Shown here: piece by piece, positions 38,761-51,800 of the stretch
Layout of the letters: every line of letters starts with the position of its first letter
Numbering within the stretch: position 1 is the first letter of the stretch
Source of the DNA: Anthoceros angustus
Lineage: Eukaryota > Plantae > Anthocerotophyta
Length of the DNA: 64,000 nt
Reading direction: 5' to 3'
NCBI GenBank assembly: GCA_010909165.1
Contig: VJWM01000209.1
Coordinates: 124,001-188,000 of the forward strand
Program-made: the position numbers and the translations under genes
Notes under the pieces: model-generated
Seen by the model: only the letters and a program-made list of their open reading frames with translations
What the model was told of the DNA's origin: nothing
The model's database searches: none

Positions 38761-39729
38761 ACGCCGCCAGCGCTCTTCACCGTCGATGTCGACGACCTTG
38801 GCTGCCTTCACCGGCATCCGTTCACGACCGCCTGCTGAGTGTGTCTGCTCCTGTCCTCGGGAAGCTCACGCCATCGGCTCCACTTCCCTTCATCTAGGTA
38901 CCGCCCACCACGCCCGTGGGCTCTCTTTCAAGAGTCTGGTTCCGCCTCTTGCATGTCATCTAATTGCACTCCGATATTGGTTCTCGCTGAACTACCTCGA
39001 GTTCATTTTGCACCCACACCGGTGGCATCCACGCTTAGCTCCCCGCTTGACAATGGGGCCGAGGTTCGACGTGCTCGACGCTCCTCCGTTTAGCCCTTTT
39101 CAAAGATGTCCCGTGGCTGCTGAGCCGTCCACCGACCCTCGCTTCGCCTCATAGATCTCCTCCCGCCGCTTTTGGTTCCGATCCGACCGCCAGTTCTGTG
39201 TGCCTTGCACCAAGGGTTAGCTGGAAATGTTCTCTTGTGGGTTATGGTGCTCTTCCTTTGTTCCCACCGCCCCGATCGCAGCCGGCTTGTGTCTTTTTAC
39301 GCCACGCTACCGCCAGGACTGTGTGGGTTACTTGCTGTTGCTCTTGGTCTTGTTTTTCTCTCTCATTGTTTTACTACATGCCTTGTCTTCTACCCACATG
39401 GCTTGTCCTCGCCAGTTCCACCTTCCTTCGCGTGTCTCGACCATGCATCCGACTGCATTTAGTTTTCACTGGTTGCTTGGTATTTCGAGGTGTAAGCCGA
39501 GAGGCTCTTTGCCTGCATTTGCGTTGTCACACGCACTTACTTCTCTTTTTCGTGTGTTGGCGCGTGACGATTACTCAAGTTCTCTCGACACCTTAAAAGG
39601 ACCAGTTTGTAAATCTTGGTCACCAACACATCCCACTAGTTGGGCATCATTGGTAAATGGCATGGAGTCTTTGATGGGCTAGTGTTTTCAATGCTACATT
39701 TGTCATGCACTTAATAAACTCACGACCTC

Positions 39730-40540
39730 CTCATCTCCAGAATTCGCTGCAGCCAAAGGTCACGCAAGAAGGCGCCATCCTAGTGTAAGTACGTCCCGTC
39801 ACAATAATTCTATGGTCGTCATTTGAACGACGTGTCTCTGGAGGGTTGGGCACGTACTGGGAAACTAATGCATGATTGGGTTGACAAGCAAGAGGTAAGG
39901 GTTCGTCGAGCAAAAGAGTCTCGTTTTGAAGTCTTTTCGTAACATAACTATCCTCGCGTAAAACATGAATCTTGTGTGCGTAGTTTGAGAACATATTCGC
40001 GCTTTTGCTTCCAACAAGTTATCGGATTGGTGATGACGCAGCTTTTAACAAAATTGATGCGTGATCTTGCGACAATTGGTTTCGCGTGAAGCGCTCGAAC
40101 GATTTATAATGGCAATACCTGCTCAACCCGTTCGCTTTGCGTGCGCATAATGCGTCTTGTGATGATTTGATAGAGTCGTCCACTAGTGTGTTCGATGGCT
40201 TTTCATTTGAATCGGGATGGAATCCAAAAGCAATAACGATTTTCAAATCCAAGAAGGTACTTGATTGCCACATGTATTACACAAACAGAGAACGAATGTA
40301 TGACAGCTTGACACAAAGATGAAAACATACCACGTTTCATCGATGAATTTTCGTGTTTCTTCAGGATCTTGTTCAAGCCCCCACACCTCCCGCCGCCAAG
40401 ACATACAAGTAAGAAAAGCACCAAACAAAGCTAACAAAGAACCTGAAAACGCCACAAACAAAACAAAGAAACTAGTAAAATGACACACAATCAAACAAAC
40501 AGCTTGGACACAAAGAATGAATCGCACCTAAATTACTTCC
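39730..40540 (-). CDS. Spliced cargo gene fragment; 40285-40540 is shared with A2 19940-20220
   Basis: Exon MSWRREVWGLEQDPEETRKFIDETW and flanking intron-like sequence are closely similar to A2. Confidence 0.4.
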
Positions 40541-40546
40541 CACCCA

Positions 40547-41950
40547 TGGGGATCCAGATATGACGCTAACGCAGAGTTTGAACCACCACCACCGGAGAGA
40601 AAGATCGAGAAAAGGTATTCAGGAAAAATGATTGTTGTTAGTCCATATGTTCTCGTTGGTCGAGTCTAACAAAACCCGTGGGTTTCGGGCCTCTGAGCAC
40701 ACAATGTTCGTGATGGACAAACAAGACCTTAAGCATCTTTGCGAGATGCCCGCCAGCTTGAATAAGATAAAGAAGGTAAGCACTTTTCCCTATTTCATAA
40801 ACTTGATCTAAGTATGCTCAATCCAAAATCTAACCCTAAATTTATCTCTCGCAGATATAAAAAGAACCTCAACAATACCAATTGAACCGAAACGTACACA
40901 CTTGTGGAAAGGTTTAATGGACACCGATTTCAATGCAAACAATGTTGGAGGGATATCAAAGTTCCATCCAGCAAGACTGGAGGTAATCAAATTACATTCA
41001 TACCTTCTTTGCTTCTTCACATTTACCTTCTTATAACTTGGCATTGCACGCGGAAAACAAGTCATAAAGGACAAAGTCGATGAGATTGACAACAACATTG
41101 ACAATGCCATCTCCAATCGTGTACAAAATGTATTTTGTATTTAATTTGTTTTAATATGATTTTGGTTTAAGAAAGTAATGATTTTGGTTTTGATCGGGCA
41201 AAAGAGAAAATAGATGACTTCAAGGAGAATGGACCAACTTACGGGCCGTCACAAGAGTTCACGAGTTTGGAAAGTGGATGAGCAATTTTCAATATCCACC
41301 ACTTTTGAAGACTTTAAATCTAAGTATCCGCAATTTGGGAGCATAGTCTAAAAGAGCAAGCACAGCCCATCTTGAATGAAGATGGGTCCAACCCCAACAT
41401 TCGAGCAAAGACAGAGAGAGATCCAAGCAAGTAAGCGCAAAACTCCCTTTCTCTTCTTATTTTTTACATATAACTCTATGTAATGTAATTCGATGCATTG
41501 AATGCGAGATAGGGGCAGCAATTGAAAATAAGGAGTTGAAAACGATGACTTGTTGTCTCTCATGGAAGAACCGAGACAACGAAAAATATTCAAAAGGTAC
41601 ATCGCTTGAAAGATAATATCTCGCTTGCATTCCAAGATGAATTCTAATGAATTTATGTTTCTTCGTAACATACGATCACATTTCGCAGTGTCGAAATCTT
41701 CACAAAGACGTGTTTAACGCTTGTCGAAAAGGTATATGCAAAGAAAGATCTTCTCCGAATTGAAATGGAGGTAAATGACTAATTACTTTTACTTTTTGTT
41801 TGTAGTTATCGAAGAATCAAAACGAGTTGTTTTCACTCTTTGAGGTGAGTACTAAAGTTGACAAAACAAATATGTTTTATATATGAATTCTGACAATGGT
41901 TTAAATTGCAGAAATATTCTCGCTTGGATGAAATATTCGAAATGATAATA
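40547..41950 (+). CDS. Multi-exon cargo gene with a C2H2 (U1/matrin- or BED-like) zinc finger
   Basis: RFNGHRFQCKQCWRDIKVPSSKTG (~40910-40985), then NLALHAENKS(H)KDKV (~41035-41080). Several GT-AG introns. Confidence 0.5.
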
Positions 41951-42209
41951 CATTTATCTGGACCATACAATCAGCAGCTCAAAAGTACTATTCAAGAGAA
42001 GGCACAACCGAACCATTTTACACTCCATCTACCCAATAGAAGATGAGTAGAATTTACCAAAATCATTTGAATTACCTTACGATGTTGAGAAGGTAATGCT
42101 TTTATGCGGTAAAAGGATTCAAAAAACGAAAAAGATGTAATAAGCAGAAATGACTCAAGAGAGAGAAATGACAGGCCGGGTGGTTTAGGCACCAAGTTCA
42201 TAGACCCAC

Positions 42210-42380
42210 AGACCTCGCCGCCGCCCCTGGCCCCGCAATGAAGCTGGGCGCTGCCCGGCCCCTGCACCTCGGCCGCTTCCCGATGCTAGAATCCGGACGT
42301 TGACAAGACGGCTCTTCCAGAACGTCTCATTACCTACCGACCGTTTTGCCGTGACGCCTCCGCCATCTCGCTCCCTAATA
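42210..42380 (+). repeat. Tail terminus of B2
   Basis: GACCTC..CCGCTTCCCGATGC..AACGTCTC..GACGCC..CTCCCTAATA; the last 10 nt are identical to the A2 end. Confidence 0.7.
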
Positions 42381-45300
42381 ATGCATAAAGCCATTTGGGC
42401 AAAGTCTCGATGGAGCCAGATCGTGGACGCCACACTTCACCACCGAGCCGGGTCAAGATCGGAGCCTCCCGAGTGTTAACGGCATTGGTAGTTCCAGGGT
42501 GTGGCGCCGGGCCACGACGGGCGGCACTCAACGCCTCTTCCGGCAGTGGCCGGACCTCCACGCCTGGATGCTCCGGGACCGACGGCCCCAACGCTGGGTC
42601 AGGGTTTGAGGCCCGGGCAAGGGACGTACTTCGAACTCCATCCCCAGCTGGTCCACGCCCGCCTTTGGCGTGGCTCGCTGACAAACCGCTGCTCTTCCAT
42701 CGCCGCTTCCCGCCCCTCCTCGACCTTCCGGCTGCCGCCCACGACCTGCAGGCCCGCCTTCACAGAAGACGCCCGGCCGCCGCTGCCGGGCCACAAGCCG
42801 ACGCTCGCCGCCGCCGCTTCTCACGCCCCGGTGCCCGTGGCTAACAAATTTGCCCAAACTTCATGGCTATGGCCTTCGCCATATCCTCGCCCACGCCAGC
42901 CGTGGTTTGAAGTCGGTGATTGTGCGGCATCCATGCGAGGACCAATGCAAGCACCCCGGGATCGACATCCATGGCACTGGATGAGATCGGGCACATCGAC
43001 ACCGCTGCCCCTCGGGAGCTCTTCACCCATGTCACCAAAGACCGGAAAGCCAAGGCTACTGCTGGAACCCGCTGGGAAGGTAGTCGCACTGGGGGCATGC
43101 AGGGAATGGTAACCGCGGCTAGGTGGGACAACCTGGCCTCCTCCAACCCGACCAAGCTGAGAAATGGCTAGCCGCATGTACCGTTGATACTTATGAGCGG
43201 TGATGACAGCGCCGAACTGGAGTAGTCTTGGACAGCCTTTGCTCACCCAGCTTGATCTTGCTGCTCCAGTTAGGGGTTTCGCCCATGGGTTCACACTCGG
43301 CATCTGACGGAGAACCTCATGTGTGTACATGTTCAAAACATACAACTCACCCAAAACGGCGAAACCGCAATAACATGGAATCGCTCAGTGTGTGCACTAA
43401 TCGCGCCACGCCCGGGCCCTCACCTCCTACCTTATGTATGGCCAATTGCGAAGATCCAAAAGACATGGACTCATTCGCCTGTCCCAAACAGCCTGTGGTG
43501 GTAGCGATTGCGAGGGTCGGCCACTGAGGAGTCCTCTGCTCATCGTGCCACTCCAAGGCGAATCTAGGGATTGATGCTTGCGTAATCCATCCCGACCACC
43601 CCAATGGGCAACGCCATGAGTCTACACCTCCGAGATATAAAGCGGGCGCTTCACACTGTGACTGACCCATCACTATCCGAATCCCGCCATGGATGTCATC
43701 CAACCGGCCAACGTTGGTGTCATGCGCGATGCCCGATCAAAGCGTGAGTCTCACACGCCACCGCCATGTCCGATATGACAAAGGCATGCATTCTCGGCAT
43801 CCGCATTCACGCACACACACCATGTCCTCGCTTGAGTTGAGGTGGCATGGACTGCGTGGAAGTTTGACTAGGCCGATATCCATGTATGACCGGGTAGGGT
43901 TCATCTGGCTATTAGTCTTAGTATGAGGGAGGGAAATAGCCAATCGGCTTTTCCCCGAGGTGACTATTTTGCTAGCCGTGCGCTATGTGCTGTGTGTTAT
44001 GCATCGACCACCCAGTCCGTCACGCCTATAGGAACAAAGCGGAAAGACACGGTGGAGGTTCACCTTCACTCCCAAGCCATCGCCTGCCGTGATATCACCA
44101 AAGCCGCCGCCTCCGACATTCACTTGCCGCAAACAGCGCTTCCCTTGCGCTGCCGGTGTTCCGGGATGGAAAGCCAAGATGGGCACGCGCGACATGGCAT
44201 GACCGGGCTACCCGGCCATTCCAATGAGAGTGAGCCTGTGACTCCACCGATGCAACACTTGGAACGTCTTTTCGAGAGCCCATCTAGCGACGGTGGGTTT
44301 GGGGAGCCGCAGCATGTGGCTTGAAGGACCCGCAGGGATATGACAAGGCCCCAAGCAAATGATCAACGCCTTCCAAATAAGCCAATTTGGCAAGGATCAT
44401 GCAATTGCTCTTCGGCCGACTACGCGTTGCACATGCGCATCGACCGGGGACGTCCCACCATCGCACCCGCCCTCGGGCGCGAACGGTGGGCATTCCAACT
44501 TGTAGGGCCTCGGCCTATTCACCTTGAGAAGAAGAATTGGTTGATCCCGTTGTCAACCAATGATGCTGCCCCTCGAATGTGCGTATTTGGACAAGTGAAG
44601 ATCCCAAGCTCCTGGTATGTGGGATGTGATCCCAAAGTGGGCAAGGCATCATGGAACGCCCTTGAGAGCCCATCTAGCGACGGTGGGTTTGGGGAGGCGC
44701 ACGAAGCTTGAAGGACCCGCATTGTGGGATATGGCGCTCGGCGCAAATGATCAACGCCGCCTTCCAGTGAGCCAATTTGGCGGTGGGATCATGCAATTGC
44801 TCTTTCCCGGGGACTACGCGGTTGCACATGCGTCTGACGTCCCACCAGCAATTCGGCCCCTCGGGCGCGACGGTGGGCATTCCACAGGGGCCGTCGGCCT
44901 ATTCACCTCGGAGAAGAAGAATTGGTTGATCCCGTTGTCAACCAATGATGCTGGCCCCACGGAATGTGCGTCTGAAGGACAAGTGGAAGATCCCAAGCCT
45001 TGGTATGTGGGATGTGATCCCGAGGTTGGGGCAAGGGCATCATGGAGCAGCGCGGAGATTTCGACTTTCGTCGACATCAGGATGAGATGAAGAAGCGGAA
45101 TACCTCAAACGATTGCCACCTCGTGGAAGTGTGCACTCCATCAACCTCGTGTTCGCTTTCATTGCCGCCTCGCAAACCGATATGACATCCGAAGTTAGAG
45201 CTCGCACCTTGCTTCGACGAGCCGGCCGCAAGACGCTTAACCCGAAACAGCTTTTGAAGGAAGACATCCCGAGCGAAGTTGCGGGTGAAGTGGAGCGACC

Positions 45301-45620
45301 ACGATGGCAAATGCTTGAGCGCACTGCCGGGCCAAGATGGGATGAGGAGCATGACGTTGTGATGTGGGCTTAAAAGGGTGTGGTAGGATTGGCAGTTCCG
45401 CAGATCCAAGGTTGGTGGGAAGCTCGCCATTCTAAGAAGGAGGTTGACAGACTGTGGTGTGTGGCTTTTCCAACACAAGATCCCTTCGTGATACGTAATC
45501 ATTGCCACCATTTCATCAGATATGCCGATCATTCTAATGATTTGGCGATCTTCCATGTCATGGAAGCATGTGATTTGATTGTGAAGTGTTGTCATGACGG
45601 CAGAGGGAAAGGGCATGCTT
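42381..45620 (-). pseudogene. 5' part of the long accessory gene of CACTA element C1, unknown product (duplication at 44270-45030)
   Basis: Overlapping minus-strand ORF fragments directly downstream of the transposase; continues at 32022. Confidence 0.4.
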
Positions 45621-45849
45621 TGGTTGTTGGGGCAACTCTTGCCTTTGTGTTTACGCCACAGACTTCAGTCCGTTGGAGGTGCAAGTCCGCCGCCTTTCAA
45701 GTCGGATTTTCTCTTGGTTAGCTTTGCAGGGCCATCGATGGCACGATCGCACGCATTTGCCCGTGATATGGAGGCACTTGGTGGTTTACATTTCAATGAA
45801 GCTCGTGACATCCAAAGGATCGTGGGTTTACATGTCTTTTCCAATAGCA

Positions 45850-48800
45850 ATCCCACCGAGAAGGCACCGTGTAAATGAACCACCCCGGCCTTCTCCCATC
45901 CGGCTAACCGGACGTGGTCGGGCAAACGTGAATGGCCCGGTTTTGTGGTCACTGATCGGTACACCTTCCTTCCTTGTGTCCACGCCATGAAACCGCCATG
46001 TCTTCTTCCATAGACTTTGGGTTTGAAGATACGCCACACAAAACCACTTGATTTGGAGGACAAAGGCACAAAAGTCTCGCCGAAAGTCACATCCAGAATC
46101 TGTTCAACCTGGCCGAAAAACTGAACAGGTTGGTCTTCCATGTCAAAGGTCCCAAAACCCAATCGTCTATGTGGAGCGACGCAGGTCACCGGCTATGGTG
46201 CGGTAATGGTACCCCATTGTCTCCAACCCCTCAGAATCGCTGACCCGCTTACGCCCGCTCACCATGGCCCCAATATCGCTGTACTGCTCTGTGGATTGCT
46301 AACGCCGCCCGGACACACCCACTGAGGAAAGTGGCCCTGTTGTCCTCTCAAGATCAAACTCCATTCGAATCCCATCCAAAGTTTCCGAATGGGCGAAATG
46401 CCGCATACGCTTTTGCTCCACGGTCAGTTAGGGTTCCGGGTTGCGCTCGATGGACGCCCGCATCCCGCCCATCGATGTACGCTGAACAAATGAGCTCGAG
46501 CTGGATTCCTTGCCGCCAGTAGTCCCGCATAAAACATGCTCTCCATTGCAAGTACCCGGTGGCCATACTTCCTTCGGGCCGGGCTCATGGATTGATTGCT
46601 TCAAGACATTCATATGCCGCCGAGCAGGGTACATCCATCGAACATGCACCTGCGGCGTGGCAACTTCATCTAGCGGTGGATAAAGAGGTGCCGCATCGGA
46701 TTCCAAAACACTAAGGGTAATACCGCCCAAGGCCACCATTGTATCCACAACTGAGCATCGCAGGGATTTCGGGGCTTGATTGCCTTGACAAATCCATCGG
46801 TAGATGGAGCTCACCAGATGAAGGCTTTGTACTCGGCCTCTCAAACGGTGGCATGAGTGCAATAGGAAAATAAAATTGGAGGAGCAAGTGCCGTGACTTT
46901 TCACCGCGGATCATGGTTTCCCCACCAAAGAGGTTGCAAGGTTGGACCCAAATGCCGTTGGTGGTTTGATCCTCGTGATACCCGCTTTCACGGCCTGTAA
47001 GTCATTTTTGCTCAATGTGTATGGACGATGGGGAGGTGGGCCTCACCCGTCATCCGTAATTGTGCCACCACGCTTGAGGCCACATTCATAAGGTCAATCG
47101 GCATTGTGGGTGTCCCATTTGCCACTCCATATGTTCCAAAAGCCCGGCTTGTTAACTTCCGTGCATCACGCCTTTCACCACAACTTCTAATAGCCGCAAG
47201 TAGGGCAGCATTTTAACGAAAGCCGAAGGCCGACACCCCATGACATGTAGCCTGCCCGCCACCCGGTCGACATCCCAAGCATCCATCTGGCCAATGATGT
47301 CCCGCACGGTTCGAAGGGGCGCCGAATATCACTTGCATTGTCGAAAAACTCACGGTGGTCATGCCGCCGTCAGACGGCAGGGCACCATCTGCGTGCCCAT
47401 CGCAATGACTTTCTCCAAAGCCCGGACCATCTAGCTTCCGCCCTCAGCCCACACAACAACGATACCTCTCACTTGTGTAAAGCGCCCGAGTCCGTGGTAG
47501 TCACATGTCGGAAGCGGCAAACTGTGGATGAAAAAGCGACCCGGTCGACACGCCTTTGGAATGATCGCAAGGGACACCCACCTATTGTCGCCACCTCCTC
47601 CAACAAAGGTTGAGATACACATCCATATTCTTGACCTGCTGCCCCGGATGATTAAAGGCATAAGAATCACCGCTTTTGTCGTGAGCCAAGGAGGAAAATT
47701 GTGGATGAAAATGAGAACAGCCGATGGAGTACGAGGAAGAACGATGGCTTGGATTGAAGCCGTCAGAGATACCGAGATGGAAGATTTTGGCCTTCCGCAT
47801 CAAGGCACTTACACTATCCAAGGCCTCGCCAAAGCGGTGTGTGTCGCCATTATCCGACTTGACCATCGGTGCTCCTATGGTCCTTCCACCATACGCTCAC
47901 GCGGCCGCTGAAGAGCACGCATACATTCGGCGGAGGCGATCCGCCAGCGAAATAAAACATTGTCTTCCGCTAAATAGGTTGCCCAGCTGGCACCTCGCGA
48001 TATCCGGCTCGTCATAAACGTGGCAAGAGGTCTCTAATGCCCTCGTGCCCCAAAACAAGGAACAGCCCAACACAGCATCAATTCAGACGCTACATCGCCC
48101 GACGTGTAGCATCATCTACGGACATCCGACCTTGCCTTCGCATATCGCTGGTCTTCGCAACACCGACGAAGAAAGGAGGTCAAGATTGCGACATGGCGTA
48201 GTCGGATATCTTATACCGGTCTTGGATGTTAAGGAATGCTGTGGCAAATGGACCACCATGCATGGATTCTCCGCCCGAGATCGACCATAAGGGTTTGGCA
48301 GCCTCCTCCTCCAAATTGGATTGTCCCTCACGAAAGCAATCGCTATGAAGTCTTGCATCAACTGCAAGCGCCTCCCCGGAATCCTGCACACTCCGCCCCG
48401 CCACGGTATGTCCGGCAATGGTACTTCATCAACAAACTCGGCCGCAGACGCACAAGCCCCAACCGGAGGGGCGGAGTGGCCTGACACGAGCCCCAACCCC
48501 GCCTGCCTACCGTGGATGCACATAGGCTGGACACCTCGATCTACTCCGATTTCGACGGCGGCCTCGAGACAAGCAAACAATATTGCCCCGCCTCGTGATT
48601 TGCCAAGAGCCAAGGAGGAAAATTGTGGATGAAAATGAGAACAGCCGATGGAGTACGAGGAAGAACGATGGCTTGGATTGAAGCCCAGAGATAGAGCGAA
48701 GATTTCGGTCTTCCGCATCAAGGCACTTACACTATCCAAGGCCTCGCCAAAGTGGTGTGTCGCCATTATCCGCACTTGACCATCGGTGCTCCTATGGTCC

Positions 48801-51800
48801 TTCCACCATATCGTTCACGTGGCCGTTGAAGAGCACGCATACATTCGGCGGAGGCGATCCGCCAGCGAAATAAAACATTGTCTAAATAGGTTGCCTGGCA
48901 CCTCGCGATATCCGGGCTCGCAAACGTGGCAAGAGGTCTCTAATGCCCTCGTGCCCCAAAACAAGGAACGCCCAACACAGCATCAATTCAGACGCTACAT
49001 CGCCCGACGTGTAGCATCATCTACGGACATCCGACCTTGCCTTCGCATATCGCTTGGTCTCGGCAACACCGACGAAGAAAGGAGGTCAAGATTGCGACAT
49101 GGCAGAGTCGGATATCTTATACCGGTCTTGGATGTTAAGGAATGCTGCGCGCGATGGACTATGCATGGATTCCTCCGCCCGAGATCGACCATAAGGGTTT
49201 GGCTCCTCCTCCAAATTGGATTGTCCTCTCCGAGCACATGAAGTCTTGCATCAACTGCAAGCGCCCGCCGAATTGCACGCCCGCCATCGGTATGTCCGCA
49301 ATGGTACTTCATCAACAAACTCCGGCCGCAGACGCACAAGCCCCAACCGGGCGAGGGCTCAGACACGAGCCCCAACCCCGCCTGCTTTTACCGTGGATGC
49401 ACATAGGCCGGACACCTCGATCTACTCGATTGACGGCTACCGAGACAAGCAAACAATATTGTCCCGCCCCATTTGACGGTTTACGCCAAGAGCGCCAAGG
49501 CGATTGGCGCCACCGACATATCGCCTCACTGGCAAGCGCGCCCATGAACGGACGTGTGACGGGGTCATGACGTCCGCTGGATGGGGTGTGTGTTCCTTCG
49601 CAACTGTGGCAATTGTGCATGACCCGAGGTATTTGACTTGCTGGTAAGGAGGATCCATAGCACCTCACCCGATGCCCGCTATGGCGGAGTTGCGCAAAGG
49701 CCTTAAGTAGCAAAGAGGAGTTCACAGAGAAGGTGGTGAGAGTCCCCGCCACAACTAAGGTACGCCTGGAGACGCGGGTCCTCTCCGCCGGCCGCTGGAG
49801 GCAGCAACAACGGACGCTGGGAATGGTGTCAGGCCATCCTCTCCCACTAAAGGCACGCCCAGTGATCGTAAACATGGTTACCGCTTGGCCTCGACAATGG
49901 TCACACACTAACCCCGCTGAGTCGACAAGATCGCGAACGGGAAGGCCAACCCGGTAGATGCCGACACACAATCAATAACCCCCACCGTAACTGGAGTATT
50001 GACCTGATGGAATCCAAAGATTAGTATGAGGCCCAATGACAGAGGAAACACGAGGAATACATCCGTCATAAACACCCTGTACCAAGATGCACAATGTCAT
50101 TTGCCACCGACTTTATTACATTCTTTAATGACTAAGTGATGCGCATCATTTCCTCGCTTGTCATAAACCGGCCCCGCTTTTGTAGTAGTGGTGTGACATT
50201 GCAAAAGAACCCCGTCCATGGTTAGGGACTTCTGGGTTTTGGAAGGATAGACGCACCTGCATGTGTATGCCCGGATCACAAAACAGCTCCATACACATTT
50301 CGACATCTACAACAAGTATTTGCACACCGCGACGCCATGCCCAAAAGGGAGGCTTGATGATTTGTACGCCTATTCAGCTATGGGACACCCACAAGGTCGC
50401 CACCCTCCAACAAAGGTTGGAGATACACATCCATATTCTTTAATTGCTTCGCCCCGGATGATTAAAGGCATAAGAATCACCGCTTTTGTCGTGAGCCAAG
50501 GAGGAAAATTGTGGATGAAAATGAGAACAGCCGATGGAGTACGAGGAAGAACGATGGCTTGGATTGAAGCCCAGAGATAGAGCGAAGATTTCGGTCTTCC
50601 GCATCAAGGCACTTACACTATCCAAGGCCTCGCCAAAGTGGTGTGTCGCCATTATCCGCACTTGACCATCGGTGCTCCTATGGTCCTTCCACCATATCGT
50701 TCACGTGGCCGTTGAAGAGCACGCATACATTCGGCGGAGGCGATCCGCCAGCGAAATAAAACATTGTCTAAATAGGTTGCCTGGCACCTCGCGATATCCG
50801 GGCTCGCAAACGTGGCAAGAGGTCTCTAATGCCCTCGTGCCCCAAAACAAGGAACGCCCAACACAGCATCAATTCAGACGCTACATCGCCCGACGTGTAG
50901 CATCATCTACGGACATCCGACCTTGCCTTCGCATATCGCTTGGTCTCGGCAACACCGACGAAGAAAGGAGGTCAAGATTGCGACATGGCAGAGTCGGATA
51001 TCTTATACCGGTCTTGGATGTTAAGGAATGCTGCGCGCGATGGACTATGCATGGATTCCTCCGCCCGAGATCGACCATAAGGGTTTGGCTCCTCCTCCAA
51101 ATTGGATTGTCCTCTCCGAGCACATGAAGTCTTGCATCAACTGCAAGCGCCCGCCGAATTGCACGCCCGCCATCGGTATGTCCGCAATGGTACTTCATCA
51201 ACAAACTCCGGCCGCAGACGCACAAGCCCCAACCGGGCGAGGGCTCAGACACGAGCCCCAACCCCGCCTGCTTTTACCGTGGATGCACATAGGCCGGACA
51301 CCTCGATCTACTCGATTGACGGCTACCGAGACAAGCAAACAATATTGTCCCGCCCCATTTGACGGTTTACGCCAAGAGCGCCAAGGCGATTGCGCTATCG
51401 ACATACCGCCTCACCTCAAGCGCGCTACCATGAACGGACGTGACGGCCGCGACGTCCGCATGATGGGGTGTGTGGTTCCTTCGCAACTGTGGCAATTGGC
51501 ATGACCCGAGGTATTTGACGCTGGTGTAAGGAGGATCCATAGCACCTCACCCGATGCCCGCTATGGCGGAGTTGGGTGGCCTTTGCGAGTAAAAGAGGAG
51601 TTCACAGAAGGTGGTGAGAGTCCCCGCCACAACTAAGGTACACGCCGGAGAGACGTTGGGTCCTCCCGGCCGCCGTTGGAGGCAACAACGGACGCTGGGA
51701 ATGGTGTCGTGGCCATCCTCTCCCACTAAAGGCACGCCTGCAGTGATCGTAAACATGGTTACCGCTTGGCCTCGACAATGGTCGACACTAACCCCGCTGA

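Larger units (their letters stand above)
32023..42380 (+). mobile_element. Element B2: full-length 10.4-kb recombinase-bearing member with several cargo genes
   Basis: Head 32023-32460, YR gene on the minus strand, CCTTGGCC array 37935-38460, telo-box promoter, cargo 38780-41950, tail ending CTCCCTAATA. AATA is present at both 32019-32022 and 42377-42380. Confidence 0.82.
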
